From the NCBI GenBank assembly GCA_038214755.1, contig JBBQRQ010000041.1, positions 1-42,498 on the forward strand: DNA of 42,498 nucleotides, read 5' to 3'. Below, one piece after another: positions 34,946 through 42,498 of the stretch; position 1 is the stretch's first letter; the number at the start of each line of letters is the position of its first letter. This DNA comes from Verrucomicrobiota bacterium. GTDB taxonomy: Bacteria; Verrucomicrobiota; Verrucomicrobiia; Limisphaerales; CANJXF01. The translations under genes were made by a program, and so were the position numbers. Under the pieces are notes generated by a model. It did not search any database and was not told where the DNA came from. It saw only the letters and a list, made by a program, of their open reading frames with translations.

Positions 34946-35992
34946 TTATTTCGTTCCCCCAGCCGTTCCACCGCCTGCGATGCTGTCGCGCATTCCCGTG
35001 TCCGCCTGAACATTTTTCATTTTGTAATAATCCATCACGCCAAGATTGCCCGAACGAAACGCTTCGGCCATGGCGAGCGGGACTTGCGCCTCGGCTTCGA
35101 CCACACGCGCGCGCATCTCCTGAACTCGCGCCAACATTTCCTGCTCGACGGCCACAGCGGCGGCGCGGCGAACTTCCGCGTGAGCCTGCGCGATCAATTT
35201 ATTCGCCTCGGCTTGTTCGGCCTGCAATTTCGCGCCGATGTTTTCGCCGACATCCACGTCTGCGATGTCGATGGACAAAATTTCAAAAGCGGTGTTGCTG
35301 TCGAGCGCTTTGTCTAAAACGGTTTTGGAGATACGGTCGGGATTTTCCAAAACATCTTTGTAACTCTTCGATGAACCGATGGTCGTGACAATGCCTTCGC
35401 CGACGCGGGCGATAATTGTTTCTTCCGTCGCGCCGCCGACGAAGCGGTCGAGATTCGTGCGAACGGTTACGCGAGCTTTCGCCTTCACCACGATGCCGTC
35501 CTGCGCGACGCCATCAATCGTCACGCGGCCCGAAGCGGGATTTGGACAATCAATCACTTTTGGATTTACAGAAGTTTTGACGGCTTCGAGAACGGTGCGT
35601 CCCGTGCCTTTGGTCGCGAGGTCAATCGCGCAGGCGCGATCATATTCCAAATGGATTCCCGCTTTTTTCGCGGCGATGAGCGCGAGCACGACCATTTCGA
35701 CATTGCCGCCAGCGAGATAATGGGTTGAAAGATCGTCGATGGTGATGGGCAAACCGGATTTCACAGCGGTGATGCGGGCGTCCACCACCATGCCGACAGG
35801 AACTTTGCGCAGCTTGAGCGCAATCAATTCAAAGAAACCGACGGGCGCTCCTGAAAAAGCGGCGCGAATAAAAATGCTGAGAAAACTGAACGCCCAAATC
35901 AGCAGCACCAATCCGAAAACTAAAATGATCCCCCAGATCACGAGGCTGCCGGAGAATTGCGTCACGGCGAACAAGACAGAATATTTATCCAT
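34946..35992 (-). CDS. floA: flotillin-like protein FloA (YqfA family)
   Basis: [67 protein letters not shown]. Confidence 0.95.
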   Translation of the reverse strand: MDKYSVLFAVTQFSGSLVIWGIILVFGLVLLIWAFSFLSIFIRAAFSGAPVGFFELIALKLRKVPVGMVVDARITAVKSGLPITIDDLSTHYLAGGNVEMVVLALIAAKKAGIHLEYDRACAIDLATKGTGRTVLEAVKTSVNPKVIDCPNPASGRVTIDGVAQDGIVVKAKARVTVRTNLDRFVGGATEETIIARVGEGIVTTIGSSKSYKDVLENPDRISKTVLDKALDSNTAFEILSIDIADVDVGENIGAKLQAEQAEANKLIAQAHAEVRRAAAVAVEQEMLARVQEMRARVVEAEAQVPLAMAEAFRSGNLGVMDYYKMKNVQADTGMRDSIAGGGTAGGTK

Positions 35993-36020
35993 AAATTTTT
36001 TTGGGTGATTGTTGTTTGTT

Positions 36021-36476
36021 TTAAAGGGACCGCACGACGACCCGCAAGCCTTCGAGGCCGACGACTTTAATGGCCGTGCCTTTTTCAATCAAGGCTCCTT
36101 CTGTCACCACGTCGATTCGTTTTCCCTCGATGAGAGCGATGCCCGACGGACGCAAATTGGTGCAGGCCGTTCCCGTTTGATTGAGTAATTCCGGTCGCGC
36201 CGCGCCGGTGTCGCCAGACGCGCTTCTGGAAATCAATGGTCGGGCCAGACGGCTATTGGGAAAATATTTCAGCCAGCAAATAATTCCGATTAGAAGTCCA
36301 ATGGCGACTCCCATCAAAACCCAATTGCCGGTGGTTGGGCCAAGACGGTCGTAAGCAAAATAAATTCCCGCGATAAGACAACACAGTCCGACAATGCCAG
36401 CGACAAGGCCGGGCAAAATCGTTTCAAGGATGAGAAGAATCGCGCCGACGACAATCAGCGTGATGACAAGTTCCAT
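36021..36476 (-). CDS. NfeD family membrane protein
   Basis: TM helices plus LRPSG...[13 protein letters not shown]; directly upstream of floA. Confidence 0.92.
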   Translation of the reverse strand: MELVITLIVVGAILLILETILPGLVAGIVGLCCLIAGIYFAYDRLGPTTGNWVLMGVAIGLLIGIICWLKYFPNSRLARPLISRSASGDTGAARPELLNQTGTACTNLRPSGIALIEGKRIDVVTEGALIEKGTAIKVVGLEGLRVVVRSL

Positions 36477-36552
36477 GCGGTGATATTAAAACGCGCAGGA
36501 GATGCCGCAAGGGTGAAGTGGGGATGTGAATCGTTGAATCATCTCACCGGTT

Positions 36553-36656
36553 TTAGTCCGCCGCAGCGAGCAGAAATATATCGCGGATCGTGGCACGGAT
36601 CGCCCGCCGCCTTTGTTGGGGAAATTGAAACGCCAGACCTCAAATTGGTCTTTCAT
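36553..36656 (-). pseudogene. internally deleted toxin remnant (PemK/MazF-like)
   Basis: ATGA coupling to the antitoxin; MKDQFEVWRFNFPTK joined out of frame to RRAIRATIRDIFLLAAAD*. Confidence 0.55.
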
Positions 36657-36880
36657 GGCCTGGCCAGCACGCAGTTTTTCAAGATGGAAAGCTGCTCCTT
36701 GTCCCGATCTGCTGTCAGATACTTCTTTAGGCTGCCGGACGGGAAGCGTTCCTGAACTTCAGTCTTTACTTGCGTGAGGGTGAGGGTGCCGTCGCCGTTG
36801 TTTTCATAGGCGAAGAGTTGGCGCGGCTTTGCGTCCGGGATCCGGATTCGCTTGCGGGCGTCCACGGTCAGGGTTTTCAC
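36653..36880 (-). CDS. AbrB/MazE-like DNA-binding antitoxin
   Basis: VKTLTVDARKRIRIP...GDGTLTL swapped-hairpin pattern. Confidence 0.72.
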   Translation of the reverse strand: MKTLTVDARKRIRIPDAKPRQLFAYENNGDGTLTLTQVKTEVQERFPSGSLKKYLTADRDKEQLSILKNCVLARP

Positions 36881-37018
36881 GGTGGGAATTTCCCAGATGA
36901 AAACATCGAAATCAACTTCAATCGCGGAAAGCAAAAAGTTGGAAGCAAAGGGGGAACCGTTTGGTTTGTTGAATTGATGCTCACGTTTCACGTTTCACGT
37001 TTCAACGATTCGGCAAAA

Positions 37019-38833
37019 TCATCTCAAACGCTCAAACGGTTTTTTTCTTAGCTCCATCAATTCCTGTTTCTTTTTCCACAGAGCGATTTGGTCGGCTTCT
37101 TTCAAATCGGGATTGGCCATCTGCTGATTGAGCGCCGCCAGTTGCCGCTCGATAAATTTGTCGCGCAGAAATTCCACGACACCTTGTTTGGCCAGAAATC
37201 CCTTCAAAATTTTTTCCGGCTCGGCGATGGGACGTTCCTCCAGCAGAGCCTGCGTGACCAGGCTGCGGCCCTCGGCAGTTTCCAATTGCGTGAGAAACCC
37301 GGCGGGGTTGATCCATTCGCCGGAGTGATGGAACTCGAAACGTCGGGAAATAATTCCACGAATTCCCGCGTGCGAAATCCATTCCAGATTTAAAATATCC
37401 ACCGCCCAATGGACGTGTTCGTCGGTGTGCAAAAGCAATTTTAGCAGCGTGATTTCCTGCATGGGTGGCGGCGTCGTTTCCAGTTCTTCCTCGGAATCAA
37501 AATCGTCGTCGCCCACAGTGGGTTGAGCGCGGGATCGTTTTTTAAATTCGTTGCGAACGGAATCCGCCGCGACGCCGAGGCGCATGGAAGTTTTCTGCGC
37601 ATATTTGTCGATCAAAACTTCGTTGCCGGTTTTGCGAACTGCTTCGGACATGCTTTGCAAAATCGCCACTCGGCCTTTGTCGGTCGCAGCGTCATTGGTC
37701 GCGCACAAACGATGCAAATAATAATCGAAAAATCCCTCGGCGTTGTCGGTTAGTTTTCGAAAGGCGTCTCCGCCAAATTCTTTGATAAAACTATCGGGAT
37801 CGTGCGGAGCGGGAACGGTCGCAACGCGCACGGCCAAACCGGATGCGAGCAAACTGTCGAGGGAACGAACCGCCGCATTTTGCCCGGCGTTGTCGGAATC
37901 AAAACAGAGGACCACTTCATCGACGTAACGTTTCAAAATGCGGGCGTGATCGGAAGTGAGCGCGGTCCCCTGCGGCGCGACCACATTTTGCACGCCGGCC
38001 ATGTAACAGGCGATGAGGTCGAGTTGCCCTTCACACACGATGGCGCAATGCGCGTCGAGCAATGGACGTTTGGATTTATCGAGGCCGAAAAAAACTTTTC
38101 CTTTCGTGAAGATCGGCGTCTCCGGTGAGTTGACATACTTCGCGGTTTTCTCGTCGCCACTTAAAATGCGTCCGCTGAAACCGATGATTCGTCCTTGCTC
38201 ATCACAAATTGGAAAAATCAATCGTCCCCGAAATCGGTCGTAAAATTTGTCGCTTCCTTCCTTGCGAATAATCAATCCGCCTTGTTCTACCGCGACCATT
38301 TCAAAATTTTTGCTCTTCGCCCAATTCACCGTGTCGTCCCAGTCATCCGGCGCGTAGCCGAGACGAAAAAGTTTTGTCGCTTCGTCGGACACGCCGCGTT
38401 TGGCGAGATAATCGCGCGCGATTTGTCCGCCCGGATCATTGGCCAGCGTGGCCTGCCAGCGTTGCGTGATCTGCTCGTGAATTTGCAGCAACGTGTCTTT
38501 GATGTGACGCGCTTGTTGCGCGCCGGGATTTTTATCCGTCTCGAGAGAGATGTGGGCGCGCTCGGCCAGTCGGCGCACGGCATCGGTAAAGCCAATATTT
38601 TCGTACTCCTTGACGAAGGTAAAAACGTCGCCGCCTTTGTGGCAACCGAAGCAATAAAAAATTTGTTTGTGCGGATTGACGTTGAAGCTGGGCGTTCGCT
38701 CTTTGTGGAACGGACAGAGCGCGGTGAAGTTCGCGCCGTTACGTTTGAGCGGAATGTAACCGCCGATGATGTCCACAATGTCACTGGCGTCCCGGACTTG
38801 TTCGAGAGTTGCGGGCGAAAACAGACCGGCCAT
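37019..38833 (-). CDS. dnaG: DNA primase
   Basis: CPFHKERTPSF, CFGC, DRFRGRLIFPI, KYVNSPET, EGQLD, DSDNAG, DPD. Confidence 0.98.
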   Translation of the reverse strand: MAGLFSPATLEQVRDASDIVDIIGGYIPLKRNGANFTALCPFHKERTPSFNVNPHKQIFYCFGCHKGGDVFTFVKEYENIGFTDAVRRLAERAHISLETDKNPGAQQARHIKDTLLQIHEQITQRWQATLANDPGGQIARDYLAKRGVSDEATKLFRLGYAPDDWDDTVNWAKSKNFEMVAVEQGGLIIRKEGSDKFYDRFRGRLIFPICDEQGRIIGFSGRILSGDEKTAKYVNSPETPIFTKGKVFFGLDKSKRPLLDAHCAIVCEGQLDLIACYMAGVQNVVAPQGTALTSDHARILKRYVDEVVLCFDSDNAGQNAAVRSLDSLLASGLAVRVATVPAPHDPDSFIKEFGGDAFRKLTDNAEGFFDYYLHRLCATNDAATDKGRVAILQSMSEAVRKTGNEVLIDKYAQKTSMRLGVAADSVRNEFKKRSRAQPTVGDDDFDSEEELETTPPPMQEITLLKLLLHTDEHVHWAVDILNLEWISHAGIRGIISRRFEFHHSGEWINPAGFLTQLETAEGRSLVTQALLEERPIAEPEKILKGFLAKQGVVEFLRDKFIERQLAALNQQMANPDLKEADQIALWKKKQELMELRKKPFERLR

Positions 38834-38838
38834 GGCAA

Positions 38839-39471
38839 TTACTTTTTCACTGGGCCAAGCACCTCGTTGAAGGCGCGCCCTTCACCGCGAGGCAAGGCAA
38901 TGTTGTGTCCCTCGGTCGATTGGATCAGCACAAAGGGCAAATGTTCTTTGACGTTTTTTCCGACGAACGATTCGTAGAGCACCGCCTGTTGGATCGAACC
39001 AAAAGTCGGGAAGGAGATTCCTTCAAAATTTTTGCTTTGCATCCTGGCCGTCGCCGCGAGTTCCCGCTGTGTGATCAGCCGCGCGTTGATCAAAGCCATT
39101 CCCATCAAAATCATGCAGGCGAAACGAATCATCCCGGCCAGCATACCCAAATAATATTCGGTCGCGCCAAAAAAATTGCTGCCCAAAAGTTTCTCCCCAA
39201 CCGCCCGTTGAATTTGCAGAAATAAAATTTTCGTCAGGATGGCGAACCCGACATAAACCGTCACAAAACAGGTCAGCAGACTGAAAGGAACCTGCGCTGA
39301 AAGCATGGAACCGAGAGGTTCGTAAATTCTGGCGCCGACAAAAACAATCATCAGCCATTGCAGAAAGTTCAGCAACTCTTCGGACATTCCGCGCTTGCGT
39401 CCGCGGAAAATGCCGATGGCCAAGAGCACCAGGACGATGCCGTCCACGTAATTGAAGTGCAAATCTTTCAT
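38839..39471 (-). CDS. CvpA family membrane protein
   Basis: VDGIVL...GRKRGMSEE, LGMLAGMIR, multiple TM helices. Confidence 0.85.
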   Translation of the reverse strand: MKDLHFNYVDGIVLVLLAIGIFRGRKRGMSEELLNFLQWLMIVFVGARIYEPLGSMLSAQVPFSLLTCFVTVYVGFAILTKILFLQIQRAVGEKLLGSNFFGATEYYLGMLAGMIRFACMILMGMALINARLITQRELAATARMQSKNFEGISFPTFGSIQQAVLYESFVGKNVKEHLPFVLIQSTEGHNIALPRGEGRAFNEVLGPVKK

Positions 39472-39627
39472 AGCTCGCCGCGTCTTCCAAGCAGGAACGC
39501 TACCAAAAGCAGCACCGCTTACGAGCAGATACTAGCCCGCGCGATTTTTAACTCGAATTTCATCCTTCACGCTTTTTAAAGGCGAGCATTCTTGCTTGGA
39601 AAAATCCATTGGACTAAACTCCGCCGC

Positions 39628-39867
39628 GTGAAAAGCTATCAGGAATTTGAGATCAACTATTTCCAGGACGAGGATGGGATGTTCACTGCCGCAGTGCCGG
39701 CCATCCGTGGTTGTGTGGCTTGGGGAAAAACGCTGCTGGAAACCTACCACAACGCGGTGGATGCGATTGAAAGTTGCCTCGAAGCACGGGCAATGGTGGC
39801 GGCCAAAAAACCTCGCAAGCCTCGCTACGCCGGCGTGAATATTTACCGCCGTCCGATTCATGCCTAA
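39628..39867 (+). CDS. HicB family antitoxin
   Basis: DEDGMFTAAVPAIRGCVAWGKTLLE..NAVDAIESCLE. Confidence 0.88.
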   Translation: MKSYQEFEINYFQDEDGMFTAAVPAIRGCVAWGKTLLETYHNAVDAIESCLEARAMVAAKKPRKPRYAGVNIYRRPIHA

Positions 39868-40230
39868 ACTGGACCGATTCAGTTGGACAGATTATTCGCC
39901 CTCACCCTAACCCTCTCCCCCGAGGGGAGGGAACCTGCCAGCAGGGTCCGCAATCAGGCATTAAACGGTGAATATTTTCCAACGCTGAATAATATTCTCC
40001 CTCTCCTCGGAGGAGAGGGCCGGGGTGAGGTCGAGCGTTTCTCTTCACTGAATAGTTCCGGCTAAACTGGTGCCGATCTCGCACCGCGACCTGGCGCGAA
40101 AACTTCGGCGCGCGGGTTTCGTGGAAATCCGCACCCGCCGCCATCCGGTTTATTATTCGGCGGAAAAAGACCTCACTGTTCCAATTCCAATGCATCCCGG
40201 CGACGTGCCCAAGGGAACTTTGCGGAGCAC
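39860..40230 (+). pseudogene. HicA toxin split by a MITE and truncated at the 3' end
   Basis: Removing 198 nt restores MPKLVPISHRDLARKLRRAGF...H...VPIPMHPGDVPKGTLRS; the last helix is missing. Confidence 0.85.
39868..40062. mobile_element. MITE (same family as 6500-6683) inserted in hicA
   Basis: IRs ACTGGACCGATTCAGT / ACTGAATAGTTCCGGC; TAA at 39865-39867 and 40063-40065. Confidence 0.85.
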
Positions 40231-40287
40231 GCCAAGTCCGCCGTCGTTCTGGTTGGGACGCATGACTGATACAGGCCGTCGTTTATG

Positions 40288-40359
40288 GTAGGGCGCGTCA
40301 CCCCGTGCGCGCCGCTGCTCGCATGCACAAGCGGCGCGCAAAGAACTGACGCGTCCTAC
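40288..40359. repeat. GTAG REP doublet upstream of RAYT
   Basis: GTAGGGCGCGTCACCCCGTGCGCGCCGC...GCGGCGCGCA...TGACGCGTCCTAC. Confidence 0.88.
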
Positions 40360-40416
40360 CTCTTACCATGCTATTCGCGTTTGCCTCTATTGCGCCGTCG
40401 TCGTTAGGCTCCATGC

Positions 40417-40885
40417 ATGGAATTACCCGTCCGCAAAAAGATTCCGCATTACGATTCCACAATGGGTTGCCGAAGGCAGTTGGTTTTTCATCACTATCAA
40501 ATGCGTGCCTCCGGGAAAAAATCAATTGTGCCGCGCCGACACTGGCGACGCCGCTCTTGCGGCAATGAAACACAACCATGAAAAACTCGCCTGGCACTGC
40601 CGCCTCTGTTTGCTTATGCCCGATCATTTGCACGCGATCCTCGCGTTCCCGCGCGAACCGGGAATCGCGACGGCAATTAAAAACTGGAAGAAATATGTGG
40701 CCGGAAAATACGCCGTGGAATGGCAACGCGACTTCTTCGATCATCGCTTGCGCGATCATCACGAATGGGAAGAGAAGATCAGCTACATCCTGATGAATCC
40801 CGTTCGTAAAGGTTTCTGCGAACGGGCCGAAGATTGGGTATGGATCTATCGTCCAAACGACCGACCAACGCCGCATCTTGGGTAG
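40417..40885 (+). pseudogene. REP-associated tyrosine transposase (RAYT, Y1 HUH) with an apparent +1 frameshift near 40450
   Basis: FFIT, MPDHLH (HUH), WQRDFFDHRLR, YILMNPV; ATG 40417 (MELPVRKKIPH) is one base out of frame with TIPQWVAEGSWFFIT. Confidence 0.85.
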
Positions 40886-40957
40886 GGCGCGTCACTCCGT
40901 GCGCGCCGTTCGTTTGGCATATACAGCCACGGCGCGCACGGAGTGACGCGCCCTACC
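40881..40957. repeat. GTAG REP doublet downstream of RAYT (supplies its TAG stop)
   Basis: Perfect 29-bp IR GGTAGGGCGCGTCACTCCGTGCGCGCCGT. Confidence 0.92.
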
Positions 40958-40959
40958 AA

Positions 40960-41221
40960 TCGTGTCCAATGATTTGTACGCTACCGGAATTTTGAAATCG
41001 GAAGCGCCAAAAAATCCGAAAAAACCATTCCGGAAATCCATCGCCACCATAAGAAACTCGCGCGCGCGTGCGACTGCGACGTGAAGAAGCTGATGAATCA
41101 TTATCGCCAACGCGAAAGTGAGCGCGACGACAAAGGCCGCCAACTGGTTTCACTCGTTGAATTTGCTCGCGCGACTGAAACTTCTAAATTAAGCGCAGCG
41201 AAGGCGCATTCCACATACTGA
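40960..41221 (+). pseudogene. decayed TA remnant (PIN-toxin C-terminus and small partner gene)
   Basis: CPMICTLPE resembles the PxICTPEE end of PIN toxins; followed by EIHRHHKKLARACDCDVKKLMNHYRQRE without a clear start. Confidence 0.45.
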
Positions 41222-41236
41222 ACTAAAGGCCAATAA

Positions 41237-41320
41237 AGCAAATGATACAGGCTTGCTCCAGACGTGTTGCCCGGCTCCGGCGAGGCTGACGGGATGAAGG
41301 ATCGCGCCAGCTTTCACGCC
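41237..41320 (-). pseudogene. diverged duplicate of a gltX 3' segment
   Basis: AGCAAATGATACAGGCT...GGCGAGGC.GACGGGATG...CTTTCACGCC is collinear with 41668-41750. Confidence 0.85.
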
Positions 41321-41553
41321 GCCTTTGAAGTCGGAATATCTTCAATGCTGGCAATGTGGAGAATGGAGCAGCGTCGAGTATTCAAAGCAATGCCTTCCGC
41401 GTTCGGATCAAGCCCAATCTCAACCGCGTTTTGAAGTATCCACGCCGCGTCATGATGTGGAACATCATAGGTTTCGCCGTTTGACATTTTGATTCGAAAC
41501 GGACGGAAGGGTTCTTCATCCAGCCGCTCTTTGAGTTGGTTTGCCGTAAACAT
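41314..41553 (-). CDS. small hypothetical protein (PFxxF family)
   Basis: 79 aa, EPFRPFRIKMSNGETYDVPH; distant relative of the 28507 and 29925 proteins. Confidence 0.82.
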   Translation of the reverse strand: MFTANQLKERLDEEPFRPFRIKMSNGETYDVPHHDAAWILQNAVEIGLDPNAEGIALNTRRCSILHIASIEDIPTSKAA

Positions 41554-41603
41554 ATTTTGCCTTTGCTAGTAGCTTTTGTCGGAGCGGTTTGTCCTGTCAA
41601 ATT

Positions 41604-42498
41604 TTATTCGCCCTGACTCAACGCCCGCTCAATCCGCGCCATCACCTTCTCTTTCCCCAACACTTCCAGCAAATGATACAGGCTCGGTCCAGAAGTGTTG
41701 CCGGTGCAGGCGAGGCGGACGGGATGGACGAGCACGCCGGCTTTCACGCCGAGTTCGGCGGCGGTGGCTTTCAACGCGGCTTCGAGATTCGCGGCGTTGA
41801 ACGGATCGACGTTCGCAAAGGCGTCTCGGAGTTTTTGCAGGCGCGGTTTGTTTTCCGGCGTGAAATCTTTCGCGGCGGCTTCGGGAGAGATTTTTATTTC
41901 TTCGGCGAAATAAAATCCGGCATACGGACCGAGTTCGGAAAATTTTTTTACTTTGCCGCGACAGGTGTCGAGCCCGGCGTTGACGTATTCGGTGGAAAAC
42001 TTTTCAAGAGGAAAATTCGCGCGGCGCAACGCGTCTATGCTGAGTTCGCGGAATCGTTCGGGCGGCAGTTCGCGGATGTATTCGCCGTCGAGCCAGTGCA
42101 ATTTTTCCAGATCGAACCGCGCGTTGTGCCGGAGAATTTGCGGGAGGTCGAAGAGCGCGATGATGTCGGCGAGAGGCATTTTCTCGCGGTTATTTTTCGG
42201 CGACCAGCCGAGCAGACACAAATAATTCACGACCGCTTCAGGCACATAACCTTCGTCCATATAAAATTTCAACGACGCGCCCTGATCGCGTTTGCTCATT
42301 TTCGTGCCGTCGAGATTCAGGATGAGCGGGATGTGCGCATACTTCGGCGGCTCGACGCCAAACGCGCGGAAGAGCGCGATGTGTTTGGCGGTGTTGGAAA
42401 GATGATCTTCGCCGCGAATGACGTGGGTGATTTTCATTTCCAAATCGTCCACGACATTGACGAAATGGAAAACCGGCTGGCCATCGGAGCGCACGATC
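41604..42498 (-). CDS. gltX: glutamate--tRNA ligase (partial; 5' end outside the window)
   Basis: VVDD, ITHVIRGEDHLSNT, HIPLI, KMSKR, LLGW, PVRLACTG..SGP. Confidence 0.97.
   Translation of the reverse strand, partial: IVRSDGQPVFHFVNVVDDLEMKITHVIRGEDHLSNTAKHIALFRAFGVEPPKYAHIPLILNLDGTKMSKRDQGASLKFYMDEGYVPEAVVNYLCLLGWSPKNNREKMPLADIIALFDLPQILRHNARFDLEKLHWLDGEYIRELPPERFRELSIDALRRANFPLEKFSTEYVNAGLDTCRGKVKKFSELGPYAGFYFAEEIKISPEAAAKDFTPENKPRLQKLRDAFANVDPFNAANLEAALKATAAELGVKAGVLVHPVRLACTGNTSGPSLYHLLEVLGKEKVMARIERALSQGE

Noticed and set aside
39864..40070. 9-bp target site duplication CTAAACTGG
   Set aside because: Comparison with the copy at 6500-6683 shows ACTGG on the left is part of the terminal inverted repeat; the duplication common to both copies is TAA.

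Overview
Bacterial chromosomal segment, most likely Verrucomicrobiota (Pedosphaera-like). This is inferred from the PVC-type RpoZ and L28, a DUF1501 protein, the sulfatases and the repeat families. The backbone is housekeeping genes: slt-like, DUF374, ruvA, two sulfatases, rpmB, smpB, rpoZ, DEAD-box helicase, serS, nadE, hemL, ruvX, truA, trmL, tRNA-Val, ald, yihY, ftsK, DUF1501, fabZ-like, floA, nfeD, dnaG, cvpA and partial gltX. Nearly every intergenic gap holds palindromic REP/MITE-like elements or tiny accessory cassettes (toxin-antitoxin pairs, Uma2 nucleases, a small PFxxF protein family). There are five main observations. (1) At serS, ftsK and gltX, small cassettes are interleaved with duplicated, variably diverged copies of the end of the neighbouring core gene, with no integrase in the window. 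This looks like a homology-driven cassette array. (2) REP/MITE palindromes are inserted in frame inside hemL and probably inside a sulfatase N-terminus. (3) Many elements are composites of IS-like terminal inverted repeats around a REP doublet, and one splits hicA with a TAA duplication. (4) A frameshifted RAYT sits between its cognate GTAG REPs. (5) Toxins are repeatedly broken while antitoxins stay intact, and many genes show a -10 box 6 nt before the start codon (leaderless architecture). All family calls come from motif recognition, without database searches.
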